DNA of 64,000 bases from Candidatus Omnitrophota bacterium (GTDB lineage Bacteria; Omnitrophota; Gorgyraeia; Zapsychrales; JANLHA01): assembly GCA_038222225.1 (NCBI GenBank), contig JBBRHV010000002.1, positions 12,484 to 76,483 of the forward strand. Direction: 5' to 3'. The notes below the pieces were generated by a model that was not told the DNA's origin, did not search any database, and was given only the letters and a program-made list of their open reading frames with translations. Positions within the stretch are counted from its first letter, which is position 1, and each line of letters opens with the position of its first letter. The position numbers and the translations under genes are program-made. Of this stretch, positions 48,986-58,038 are shown one piece after another.

Positions 48986-50182
48986 TTATTCTGTCTCACT
49001 GTCAACCACCGACTCATCCTCAGCCACAGCCTCATCCTCTAATAAAAGATCTGGCTCTTGAGCAGCGGGCAGCTCCTGAACTTTATTGAGTTTCCTCTCG
49101 ATCGTACGGCTCTTGCTGGACGCCTGCTCAATGGAATGACTGGCTTCCTGAAGTTTCTTATGTGTTTTATCCAGAATGCCGCCGAACTTTGAAAATTCCG
49201 TTTTAATCGCTCCTAAAAGCTGCCACACCTCACTGGCCCGTTTTTCAACAGCCAGCGTACGGAATCCCATCTGCAGACTATTTAATAGCGCTGCGATGGT
49301 CATTGGTCCGGCCACCACAATTCTGAACTCCCGCTGCAGCACCTCACATAATCCGGCACGGCTGATCACCTCAGCATAAAGACCTTCGGTCGGTAAAAAC
49401 ATCACCGCAAAATCCGTTGTGTACGGGGGATCAATATATTTTTCCTGGATCTTTTTAGCTTCCAACTTAATGCGCTGTTCTAAGGCCTTGACCGCCTCTT
49501 CAACCTGAGCCTTGTCCCCGAGGTCCTGCGCTTCCTGCAGGCGATGATAATCTTCCATCGGGAACTTAGCGTCTATCGGCAGCCTCTCGCCCTTAGGAAA
49601 GACAATGGCAAACTCCACCGGATCTTTACTGTCCTTCTTGGTCACAGCATTCTTTTCATACTGCTCCGGCGTGAGGATCTGTTCCAAAAGATTGCCCAAC
49701 TGAACTTCTCCCCATGTTCCGCGCGTCTTGACATTGGTTAACACCTTTTTAAGATCACCAACCCCTACCGCCAAATTGCGCATTTCCCCCAGATCCTGAT
49801 GAACCTTTGAAAGCTGATCATCGACCAATTTGAACGATTCGCCCAGCCGCTTTTCAAGCGTCGAATGAAGCTTCTCATCCACGGTTTCACGGATCTGCTC
49901 AAGTTTGGTATTGTTATCTTTCTGGAGAAACTCCAGCCTCTTTTCAACAGACTCCCTCACCGATTCAAATCCTTGCCGCAGAGAATCGCCGACCCCTTTT
50001 AACGTGTCGCGCAGTTCCTCCCTGTTCTTGGCAAGATCTTCTCGGACAATACGCTCCGTCCGTTCCTGATTTTTAGCGAGTTCATCAAAACGATGCCGCT
50101 GGTCAGCAGTCAACGTGCGCCATAGGACAAACAGCACCGCAATACTATTGAGACACAATAGCCCGATCATTAACGTGTCCAT
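48986..50182 (-). CDS. rmuC: DNA recombination protein RmuC
   Basis: N-terminal TM, long coiled-coil, C-terminal RmuC domain (..FAVMFLPTEGLYAE...); 398 aa. Confidence 0.8.
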   Translation of the reverse strand: MDTLMIGLLCLNSIAVLFVLWRTLTADQRHRFDELAKNQERTERIVREDLAKNREELRDTLKGVGDSLRQGFESVRESVEKRLEFLQKDNNTKLEQIRETVDEKLHSTLEKRLGESFKLVDDQLSKVHQDLGEMRNLAVGVGDLKKVLTNVKTRGTWGEVQLGNLLEQILTPEQYEKNAVTKKDSKDPVEFAIVFPKGERLPIDAKFPMEDYHRLQEAQDLGDKAQVEEAVKALEQRIKLEAKKIQEKYIDPPYTTDFAVMFLPTEGLYAEVISRAGLCEVLQREFRIVVAGPMTIAALLNSLQMGFRTLAVEKRASEVWQLLGAIKTEFSKFGGILDKTHKKLQEASHSIEQASSKSRTIERKLNKVQELPAAQEPDLLLEDEAVAEDESVVDSETE

Positions 50183-50280
50183 AACCCAACCTTTGATGTA
50201 TGAATTTTTGAAAAATGCCGTTTGATTGTAGCAAGAGAATAAAAAGAAGTCCAGGAAACCCTGAACATATCATAACGCCA

Positions 50281-51441
50281 TCAACCTTTCACCACCGCCA
50301 ACGGCTTTAATTCAATCACCGGTTCAACCAGATCCTGTTGCTCATCCATGACAATATTGATATCTTTATACGCACTTGAGGCCTCATCCAGATCGCGCCT
50401 GCTGCGGATGGAATGCAGAATCCCCTGCGTTTCAAGCTTCTGTTGCTCAGCCGCCAGATCCAATACTTTACAGGCACGATGCCGGCTCATCCGGCGTCCA
50501 GCCCCATGGGAACAGGAACAAAAACTTTCCGGATTTCCTTTGCCCTTAACAATATAAGATGACGTTCCCTGAGAACCGGGAATAATACCGATCTCCCCTT
50601 GATACGCGGCAGTTGCCCCTTTGCGATGAACCCAAACCTTCTTGCCGAAGTGCTCTTCCAACGCGGCATAATTATGGTGAATGTTGATCATTTGCCCGAA
50701 CTCACATGAAAGCACATACAAAAATGCTTTCTGAATGTATTCGATCATCAGTTCCCGATTTCGAAAAGCAAATTCAAGGGCAAAATTCATGGCTTGAATA
50801 TATTCATCAAACTCCCGGCAATCATTGGGCAGAAAGGCCAACCCGCCTTCTCCATTATATTGAGGCAGCTTCGGAAATCTCTTGGCGTCGACTTTTTGAG
50901 CTTTTTGATTATATTCTTTGGCAATCTTATACCCAAAATTCCGACTTCCTGAATGCACCATGACCCAAATAAAACCGTCTGACCCTTTTTGAATTTCAAT
51001 GAAATGATTTCCGCCGCCTAAAGAACCAAGCTGACGGCGCGCAGACTCCAGTTCTCTCTCCACAACCGCGACCCGCGGAGCCCGGAAGAAACCATCCCAC
51101 TTCTGCGCTTTTTTGTGGTGATTAAATCCTAACGGAATGTAGGCGCGAATACCCGCTAAAACCTTTTTCAGATCTTCAATAGAAATTTCCCGCAATGACG
51201 TGCGCACCGCGCTCATACCGCAGCCAATATCGACACCGACAGCATTCGGGATAACGGTATCCACACAGGCCGCCACCCCGCCGATCGGCATTCCATATCC
51301 GGAATGCGCATCCGGCATCAGGCACACATGTTCGTACATAAACGGCAGCGCGGCCACATCCCGCGCTTGATTTAAAGCGTCCTCTTCCGGCGTATTGCAC
51401 CAGCTTTGAATGGGGACTCCATTGCTTTGAATTGTTTTCAT
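50281..51441 (-). CDS. rtcB: RNA-splicing ligase RtcB (short form)
   Basis: RtcB metal-binding motifs (PDAHSGYGMPIGGV, DIGCGM, HSGSRN.G, HNYA) and 386 aa. No rtcA or rtcR is adjacent. Confidence 0.85.
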   Translation of the reverse strand: MKTIQSNGVPIQSWCNTPEEDALNQARDVAALPFMYEHVCLMPDAHSGYGMPIGGVAACVDTVIPNAVGVDIGCGMSAVRTSLREISIEDLKKVLAGIRAYIPLGFNHHKKAQKWDGFFRAPRVAVVERELESARRQLGSLGGGNHFIEIQKGSDGFIWVMVHSGSRNFGYKIAKEYNQKAQKVDAKRFPKLPQYNGEGGLAFLPNDCREFDEYIQAMNFALEFAFRNRELMIEYIQKAFLYVLSCEFGQMINIHHNYAALEEHFGKKVWVHRKGATAAYQGEIGIIPGSQGTSSYIVKGKGNPESFCSCSHGAGRRMSRHRACKVLDLAAEQQKLETQGILHSIRSRRDLDEASSAYKDINIVMDEQQDLVEPVIELKPLAVVKG

Positions 51442-51482
51442 CCTATCCCTTCTTTCACCGGTCTCTCAAAATCATCACAGGC

Positions 51483-52646
51483 CTAGACCCCGGCCCTGCC
51501 GATCGACTGTTCACCAAACCGGTCTTTAATATCATCCACCACCTGATGAATCGCCTCCTGGCGCTGACTTTTCTTGTCTGAAAACAGACTTTCCTGAACA
51601 TAGCCATCTTCAAAATTAGAAACACGCACCCCCACCAAACGGATCGATTCGCCTTTATTGTAATGTTTTAAAAATAAATTTCGAACTGTTTTGAAAAGCA
51701 CCTCCACATGATTCGTCCGCTCAGGAAGAGTCAAGGCGTGGGAGTGTGTATAAAACCCCTTTAACCGCACTTTCAGCGTTACGGTTCGTCCCTTCAGTTC
51801 ATAACTCCGCAGGCGGCGGGATACTTTTTCTGAAAGCTTCAAAAGCGTCTCTCTGACGCGCTGGTGATCCGCCGTATCTTCATCAAACGTTTCTTCATTC
51901 GAAACGGATTTCACTTCATCGCCGGCCTCCACGGGACGGTCATCAATCCCTTTAGCCAACTGATACAAATGCTCTCCGTGCAGACCGAATCGCTCCTTTA
52001 AAAAGGACAACTTCTGTTTCGCCAAATCCCCAATGGTCTTGATCCCAAAGGATTGCAGAGCTTCCTCCGTTTTGGGACCCACCCCCCACAATCGATGGAT
52101 GGCCAGCGGCCAGAGAAATTCTTGAATTCGATCCGGGTCAACGATTACCAGCCCATCAGGCTTTTGGAGATCAGAGGCGATCTTGGCCAACATCTTGTTA
52201 GGCGCGCTCCCCACCGAAACCGTCAGTCCAGTTTGATTTCGCACCGAATCCTTGAGTTTTTGAGCTGCCTCCTGCGGGCAGCCGAACAAATGGCAGGAAC
52301 CGGTCATATCCAAGAAAGCCTCATCAACGCTGACCGGCTCGGCCTGAGGGCTGAACTGCTCAAACACCATAAAAACTTGATCCGCCGCCACCTGATACCG
52401 CTCCATATCCGGATGAAGATAAATCCCGCTCGGGCAACGACGATATGCCTCTGAGATCGGCATAGCGGAACGCACCCCGAACTTGCGCGCCTCATACGAA
52501 CAGGTTGCCACCACCCCGCGCCCTTTCCCGCCTTTAGGGTCAGACCCGATAATGACCGGTTTTCCTTTTAATGAAGGATCATCGCGCTGTTCAACGCTCG
52601 CAAAAAACGCGTCCAAGTCAATATGAAAAATAATTCGCTGCTCCAT
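51483..52646 (-). CDS. dinB: DNA polymerase IV (Y-family)
   Basis: N-terminus IFHIDLDAFFASVE, SLDE motif, 387 aa. An inverted repeat lies immediately upstream of the ATG. Confidence 0.85.
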   Translation of the reverse strand: MEQRIIFHIDLDAFFASVEQRDDPSLKGKPVIIGSDPKGGKGRGVVATCSYEARKFGVRSAMPISEAYRRCPSGIYLHPDMERYQVAADQVFMVFEQFSPQAEPVSVDEAFLDMTGSCHLFGCPQEAAQKLKDSVRNQTGLTVSVGSAPNKMLAKIASDLQKPDGLVIVDPDRIQEFLWPLAIHRLWGVGPKTEEALQSFGIKTIGDLAKQKLSFLKERFGLHGEHLYQLAKGIDDRPVEAGDEVKSVSNEETFDEDTADHQRVRETLLKLSEKVSRRLRSYELKGRTVTLKVRLKGFYTHSHALTLPERTNHVEVLFKTVRNLFLKHYNKGESIRLVGVRVSNFEDGYVQESLFSDKKSQRQEAIHQVVDDIKDRFGEQSIGRAGV

Positions 52647-52802
52647 CGACTGTTATTGTATGAACAGACTCAATATCCGTCAAATAGAACATCTCTTCCA
52701 ACGTCTTTTTAAAAAACGCGGCAAAAAAACTTTTCTGCGATGATCTTTTTCGTTTTCAGCATTCACCGTCGACAATTTTCCATTTTCTCGCAAATTTAAT
52801 CC

Positions 52803-52830
52803 TTGCATCCAATGTCGCTTTTGGTATAAT
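52803..52830 (+). promoter_or_regulatory. near-consensus sigma70 promoter TTGCAT-16-TATAAT
   Basis: -35 at 52803-52808, -10 at 52825-52830; drives the small ORF starting at 52875 (AAAGGAG SD). Confidence 0.5.
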
Positions 52831-52874
52831 TATTTTCCTTTCTTGCGGTGGAATATCTACAAAGGAGACGTGAT

Positions 52875-53096
52875 ATGAAGAGCACAACACAATACAGTTT
52901 CTTAAATGATTCCTATGCCTATTTTGAAATCCGTAAACATAAATGGCTCTTAAGTGAAAACGCTCACCGTGAAATCGGCTTTGCGACTGCAGCTGTTGAT
53001 TGGATCACCCATTATGGTGATACGTGGAAGTTTTACCGCTTTAGCGCGCTCTTTAATCCTGAACACCATCAATTCAAGAGTTTAAGCTGCTCCTAA
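52875..53096 (+). CDS. hypothetical small protein (73 aa, aromatic/His-rich), orphan
   Basis: ATG 52875 with AAAGGAG SD 7 nt upstream and a strong promoter. No family recognised (MKSTTQYSFLNDSYAYFEIRKHKWLLSENAHREIGFATAAVDWITHYGDTWKFYRFSALFNPEHHQFKSLSCS). Convergent with the nth-like gene, with no room for a terminator. Confidence 0.45.
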   Translation: MKSTTQYSFLNDSYAYFEIRKHKWLLSENAHREIGFATAAVDWITHYGDTWKFYRFSALFNPEHHQFKSLSCS

Positions 53097-53097
53097 C

Positions 53098-53805
53098 CTA
53101 CGAAGTTGCCGCAGAGCCGGTTCGGCATTTTTTTTGAAGAGGGCATCCCGCGCAAACAGGTCGCGTGTGGCAATGTTCTTTGGCGAGACGGACGATCAGA
53201 GCGTGGTATTCATTATAAAGCGCGGCATCCGCCAAATACTCCATAAAAAAACGCTGGGCCTGGCCATAGTCCGCGTTATTCTCTATTAAACCGTAACGGC
53301 TGAAGATCCGTTTGGTATAGGCGTCCACCACAAAGACCGGCCGATTGAACGCATACAAAAGAATGGAATCCGCTGTCTCCGGTCCAACGCCGTTCACAGC
53401 CAAGACCCTCTCCCGCAACTCCTCCAACGGCATAACCCGAAAGGCCCGCCAGCTTGAACGCATATCCTCAACGAAAAATTTAGCGAAATTTTTCAGCCTG
53501 CGCGCCTTGATATTGAAATACCCCGCCGGACGGATATGCCCGGCAACGGTGTTTTCATCTGCTTTATAAAGTCTGCCGAAATTCAAAAGCCCGGCCGTTC
53601 GCAGATTATTCAGCGCCTTTTCGACATTCTGCCAATGAGTATTTTGTGTCAGAATCGCGCCGATGATCATCTCGGTCTTGGTACGGCCCGGCCACCACCC
53701 CTGGGGACCGAAACGGAAAAACAATAATTTATAAATGGAGTATACTTGTTTCGAACAAATATTGTTCATAGGAAAAGCCCATGACCCGGCGTTTGTAAAA
53801 CGCAT
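53098..53805 (-). CDS. endonuclease III-related HhH-GPD family protein
   Basis: HhH-GPD motifs (IIGAILTQNT.W.NV, LPGVGPETADSILLYA) and a C-terminal Cys cluster (C..C..C..C; 4Fe-4S-like); 235 aa. Confidence 0.7.
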   Translation of the reverse strand: MRFTNAGSWAFPMNNICSKQVYSIYKLLFFRFGPQGWWPGRTKTEMIIGAILTQNTHWQNVEKALNNLRTAGLLNFGRLYKADENTVAGHIRPAGYFNIKARRLKNFAKFFVEDMRSSWRAFRVMPLEELRERVLAVNGVGPETADSILLYAFNRPVFVVDAYTKRIFSRYGLIENNADYGQAQRFFMEYLADAALYNEYHALIVRLAKEHCHTRPVCAGCPLQKKCRTGSAATS

Positions 53806-53980
53806 GAGCTGCCAGTCGTGAGTGCGGATTTCATTATCTTCGCCGTGATTTGGACTTTAGAATCTCTTCATAACCCCAGTCCTTTTCCTTCTTCGGCTTC
53901 GCTTCACCTCCCACAGAAACCTCCCGTGGGTCCATCTTGTTTTTACGAGGTTTCTTACTCACCCAAGACCTCCCTCTGTG

Positions 53981-54532
53981 TTACTGCGTTAGCTCGGCCT
54001 TCTCCTGATCCCATTCCAAAAGATTCCCATCAAAATCAAAATACAAATAGATCTTATCTGTATTTTTAAATTCTGTGGCATGACGGTAGAGCCACTCTTC
54101 CACCGGCCGGCCGTTATGCTCGGCCACACGGGCGAAAACCGGCTTCCCGAAATCCATACGGATCTGAGCAGCATTTTTGTATTTTTTGAAACCCTCTTCG
54201 CTGATGCTGACGGCCAGGGCATCAAACTTCTGATTCTGTTTCTGAACCTCTTCTGAAATTTTAGTCTGTTCTTGCGAATACCTTTTCAATGTCAGCAATT
54301 GCGGTAAATGCTGGACCTTCTTCACAAACCCGCAACCAGCAAAAAAGACACATGACACAAGACATCCCACACAAACTAAACGTTTGTATAGGGACCAATC
54401 CTGGGAATCCTGACGAATTCCGCAGGGCAGGACACAAACAACAATATATTTTTTAAGAAAAGAAAATTTCACGACTCCCCCTTTGATCTTCAGCGATCCT
54501 ATCCTAACAAAAAGTTTTTCCTGGATCCACAC
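53981..54532 (-). CDS. hypothetical protein with Cys-rich hydrophobic N-terminal region (possible lipoprotein); start uncertain
   Basis: Listed start is GTG. An internal GTG preceded by an AAAGGGGGA SD gives MKFSFLKKYIVVCVLPCG... A lipobox-like FFAGC lies further in. No domain recognised in the C-terminal ~110 aa. Confidence 0.45.
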   Translation of the reverse strand: MWIQEKLFVRIGSLKIKGGVVKFSFLKKYIVVCVLPCGIRQDSQDWSLYKRLVCVGCLVSCVFFAGCGFVKKVQHLPQLLTLKRYSQEQTKISEEVQKQNQKFDALAVSISEEGFKKYKNAAQIRMDFGKPVFARVAEHNGRPVEEWLYRHATEFKNTDKIYLYFDFDGNLLEWDQEKAELTQ

Positions 54533-54552
54533 AAAACTCTTCTGCCGTAACC

Positions 54553-56502
54553 CTACTTGCCCTTCTGAATCAAGTCATACTCTGCTTTTAATTCCTTGAT
54601 CTGCGTGGACAACTGACGCTGTTCCTTGGGAATCTCCTTCAGCCGATTTCCATACTCCCTCAAAAGCTCCGGGTCCTTCCCATAAGAATTCGAGATCATT
54701 CGGGCCTTAACATAACTTTCCGTGTCTGCCTCTTTGCTCTGCTTTTCCAGCTTGTTAATCTCGGTCTTGATCTGAGACATCCGCTTTAACGCCGCCTTGT
54801 GTTTTTCTCTGCCGATCCTAGCTTTCTGATTCTCCGGCTGAAGCTTGTTCTTTTTATTCTGTCCGGCCGCCGTCCCTCTCAAGGCCTGATAAGAGTCATC
54901 CGAATTTTCTGAATTCGGAATAAGACCGTGCTTCTTATCTAAATAATATTCCAATCCTCCCGGATAATTTCTGATTTGCCCCTCATTCACTTCAATAATA
55001 TGGTCTGCTACTTCCTTCACAAAAAAAAGATCGTGACTTATAAAACACAGCGTTCCTTCATAACTCCGAAAAGCTTTCGTCAGCGCTTCAACCCCGTGGA
55101 TGTCCAAATGTGTTGTCGGCTCATCCAAAAGAATAAAATTCGGCGGATTGATCAGAAGTTTCGCCAGGATCAGGCGGCTCTTCTCCCCACCGGAAAGAAC
55201 TTTGACCATCTTAAAAACATCATCCCCGTGAAAATTGAACAACCCCAAAAGCGAACGCATCTGGCCCGCCGGAATAGAGGTTGTTGTCGCCGAACCCAAT
55301 TCATCAAGAACCGTGCGGTTCGGGTTTAAGACATCCAGCCGCGTCTGAGAAAAATATCCGCGCTTCACATTATGCCCCAATTTCAGGATTCCCCGATCCG
55401 GCTCAAGGATTCCGGCCAACATTTTCAAAAGCGTCGATTTTCCGGCACCGTTGGGACCGACCAAACAGAGTTTCTGTCCCCGGATCAATTCAAGCTGCAG
55501 GCCATCATAAATTTTTTGTGTGCCGTAGGCCTTACAAACCCCCTCCATGCTGGCCACCACATACCCGCTCTGCCCGGTGACGGGAACTTCGAAATCCTTG
55601 ATACTTTGATAGTCCCGCGCCAACTCCGGCGCGTCCAAACGCTCAAGCATTTTCCGTTTATTACGTACGGCAGCGGCACGGTTCGGCTGCGCGTGAAACC
55701 GCTGCGCAAATTGTTCCAGCTGTTGACGCTTTTTCTCGATCACTTTGCGCTGGCGCTCAAGATGCTTTTGCCCGATATTTTTCTGAGCTTCATAGTCTTC
55801 ATAATTCCCCTTCACCTTCGACATCTGGCCGTTTTCAAGCAGGATCGTGTAATTGGTGACGTCATTCAAAAAAATCTTATCATGCGAGATCATCACAAAC
55901 GTGCCCTGGTAACCGGCTAAAAAATCTTTCAGCCATAAGGTCGCGCTTAAATCCAAATAATTTGTCGGCTCATCCAAAAGAAGCAGATCATAGGGATAGA
56001 CCAACAACTTCGCCAACAGCGTGCGCATCTGCCAACCACCGCTCATCTGCAGAACGGGCTTATGAAAATCCTTCTCGGAAAAACCCAAGCCCATCAGAAC
56101 TTTTTCCGCCTTATGTTCGATATCATAAATTCCCAAAACTTCCAATTCCTGCGCCACATCCCCGTAACGTGCGGTTGCCGCCAGCCCTTTCTCCTCCAAT
56201 TGCCGCTTTTCTCTAACAAGGGATTTGATCTTGTCGTCACCGGACGCGACCTCTTCCAAAACCGTCCGCTCAGATTTAAAACTCGCCTCCTGCGGCAAAT
56301 ACCCGACCCTCAAATTTTTCTGCCGCTGGACATCACCCTCCGTGGATTCCATTTCTCCGCGAAGGATCGAAAATAATGTGCTTTTACCCGAACCATTAGG
56401 GCCGGTCAAACCGATCTTTTCCCCGGGAAAAATGCTTAAAGACACATCCTTGAACAACACCCGGCCGGTAAAATTTTTTGACAAATTCGTGATCGTGATC
56501 AT
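54553..56502 (-). CDS. ABC-F family ATPase (Uup/EttA-like; two ABC domains, C-terminal coiled-coil)
   Basis: Two Walker A sites (GPNGSGKST; GPNGAGKST), two ABC signatures (MSGGWQMR; LSGGEKSRL), no TM domain, and a Lys/Glu-rich C-terminal extension; 649 aa. Confidence 0.85.
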   Translation of the reverse strand: MITITNLSKNFTGRVLFKDVSLSIFPGEKIGLTGPNGSGKSTLFSILRGEMESTEGDVQRQKNLRVGYLPQEASFKSERTVLEEVASGDDKIKSLVREKRQLEEKGLAATARYGDVAQELEVLGIYDIEHKAEKVLMGLGFSEKDFHKPVLQMSGGWQMRTLLAKLLVYPYDLLLLDEPTNYLDLSATLWLKDFLAGYQGTFVMISHDKIFLNDVTNYTILLENGQMSKVKGNYEDYEAQKNIGQKHLERQRKVIEKKRQQLEQFAQRFHAQPNRAAAVRNKRKMLERLDAPELARDYQSIKDFEVPVTGQSGYVVASMEGVCKAYGTQKIYDGLQLELIRGQKLCLVGPNGAGKSTLLKMLAGILEPDRGILKLGHNVKRGYFSQTRLDVLNPNRTVLDELGSATTTSIPAGQMRSLLGLFNFHGDDVFKMVKVLSGGEKSRLILAKLLINPPNFILLDEPTTHLDIHGVEALTKAFRSYEGTLCFISHDLFFVKEVADHIIEVNEGQIRNYPGGLEYYLDKKHGLIPNSENSDDSYQALRGTAAGQNKKNKLQPENQKARIGREKHKAALKRMSQIKTEINKLEKQSKEADTESYVKARMISNSYGKDPELLREYGNRLKEIPKEQRQLSTQIKELKAEYDLIQKGK

Positions 56503-57278
56503 ATGTTTTTCGCCGCTATCTTTCCGCTCTCTTTTAACCGTCTCAGCTCATCTGCCGTGAGACGTCTCCATTTTCCCTTTAATAAGCTCCCCAGCTTCAA
56601 AGGCCCCTGCTGAATCCGTTTTAAATAGACAACCCCGTATCCCAACGCCTCACACATCCGGCGGATTTGACGTTTGCGTCCCTCATGGATCACCAATTCA
56701 AAGCAAGTTTTTCCGCCGCGGGCAACCCGCCGGCTCAATTCCGCCGGAGACGTTTTCTTGCCGTCCAACTCAATGCCGTTGCATAATGTCTTGACATCCT
56801 GCTGCGCAAGGAGTCCTTCGACCGTCACCTCATAACGCTTCCCGATATCAAATTTTGGATGCGTTAACTCATACAAAAGATCTCCGTCATTGGTCAGAAG
56901 CAGCAGCCCTTCCGTATCTTTATCCAAACGCCCGACCGGATTTAAATGCCGCAACTCCGGCGGCAGAAGATCGGTGACGATCTTTTTCGCGAACGGATCT
57001 GCCCGTGTTGTCACAAACCCTGCGGGCTTATGCAACATCACATACTCATAACATTTCGTCTGAACCCGCTCTCCGTTGACAAAGACCTGGTCCCGGTCTG
57101 ATCGGATCGGAAAGGACGGTTCCAAGACAGTCTTGCCATTAACCGCGACCACACCGGAAAGGATCAAATCCATGGCTTTTCTGCGGGAACATACACCCGA
57201 ATGAGATATAAAAACTTGCAGCCGCTCGGCCCCGTCCGTCATCAGGTTACCGCCTTTGCCGTAAAGCTTCATAAACAA
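56499..57278 (-). CDS. rRNA pseudouridine synthase, RsuA/RluB family (S4 domain)
   Basis: N-terminal S4 domain (RLQVFISHSGVCSRRKA..LI..G.V.VNG) and catalytic motif VGRLDKDTEGLLLLTNDG; 259 aa. Confidence 0.8.
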   Translation of the reverse strand: MFMKLYGKGGNLMTDGAERLQVFISHSGVCSRRKAMDLILSGVVAVNGKTVLEPSFPIRSDRDQVFVNGERVQTKCYEYVMLHKPAGFVTTRADPFAKKIVTDLLPPELRHLNPVGRLDKDTEGLLLLTNDGDLLYELTHPKFDIGKRYEVTVEGLLAQQDVKTLCNGIELDGKKTSPAELSRRVARGGKTCFELVIHEGRKRQIRRMCEALGYGVVYLKRIQQGPLKLGSLLKGKWRRLTADELRRLKESGKIAAKNI

Positions 57279-58038
57279 GAATCGCGGCTGTGTTGCTGAC
57301 GTTCAGCGAATCCGCTTTACCGCGCATCGGAATAGACATTCTCACGTCCGCATGTTGAACCCAAAAATCCCTGAGGCCCTTGTCTTCAGAACCCAAGACC
57401 AACGCGACCGCTCCCCTTAAATCGGTCGTATCATAGCTTTGCCGGCCGTCAGGGGTTGCCGCAATAATTTTTATGCTTAGTTTTCTTAAAAAATCATACG
57501 CTTCGGAAATACTAGCCTGCATGATCCTCATGGAAAAAACCGTTGCCGTGCTGGACCGGATCACATTCGGATTATACACATCCGTCCTTGAATCAGCTAA
57601 AATCACAGCATCCACGCCAGCCCCGTCACAGCTCCTTAAAATGGCGCCCAAGTTGCCGGGCTTTTCAAGCTGATCCAGAACAACGATCAAAGGCCCAGAC
57701 GTCAATCCGTTTTCACTTAAGATATGCTTGGCAACACGGCATGTCCCCAAAACCCCTTCTGCCCGCTGGCCGAAACACATTTTCTCGAACACCAGACGCG
57801 AAACCTCTGTCAACTCCCGCCCCCAAGAACGGACCTCATCACAGGCGGTCTGCCCGCCAAAAGATTCCAGAATATCAAAACACACAAAAATCTCATCGAT
57901 CTCTGCCCGGCTTGCATGAGCCCGCTGCAGTTCTCTGAACCCGTCAATAACCGTTAAACCGAAAAGATCACGGTATTTTCGATGCTTCAGTTTTCCAACA
58001 TGTTTGATGCGAGGATTCGCCGTACTGCTGATCATGAT
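57247..58038 (-). CDS. TrmH/SpoU-family RNA 2'-O-methyltransferase
   Basis: SPOUT motifs (LVLDQLEKPGNLGAILRSCDGAG; ..LVLGSEDKGL..; SLNVSNTAAI). Start taken at the internal ATG (MISSTANPRIKH) abutting the upstream gene's stop. Confidence 0.75.
   Translation of the reverse strand: MMISSTANPRIKHVGKLKHRKYRDLFGLTVIDGFRELQRAHASRAEIDEIFVCFDILESFGGQTACDEVRSWGRELTEVSRLVFEKMCFGQRAEGVLGTCRVAKHILSENGLTSGPLIVVLDQLEKPGNLGAILRSCDGAGVDAVILADSRTDVYNPNVIRSSTATVFSMRIMQASISEAYDFLRKLSIKIIAATPDGRQSYDTTDLRGAVALVLGSEDKGLRDFWVQHADVRMSIPMRGKADSLNVSNTAAILVYEALRQRR

Noticed and set aside
53834-53932. Possible 33-42 aa ORF (..KPKKEKDWGYEEILKSKSRRR) on the minus strand between the nth-like gene and the lipoprotein gene
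   Set aside because: A careful re-read shows the AGGGAGG SD and GTG are out of frame with the long reading frame. The in-frame ATG has no SD. It more likely lies within the 5' UTR or terminator region of the flanking genes.
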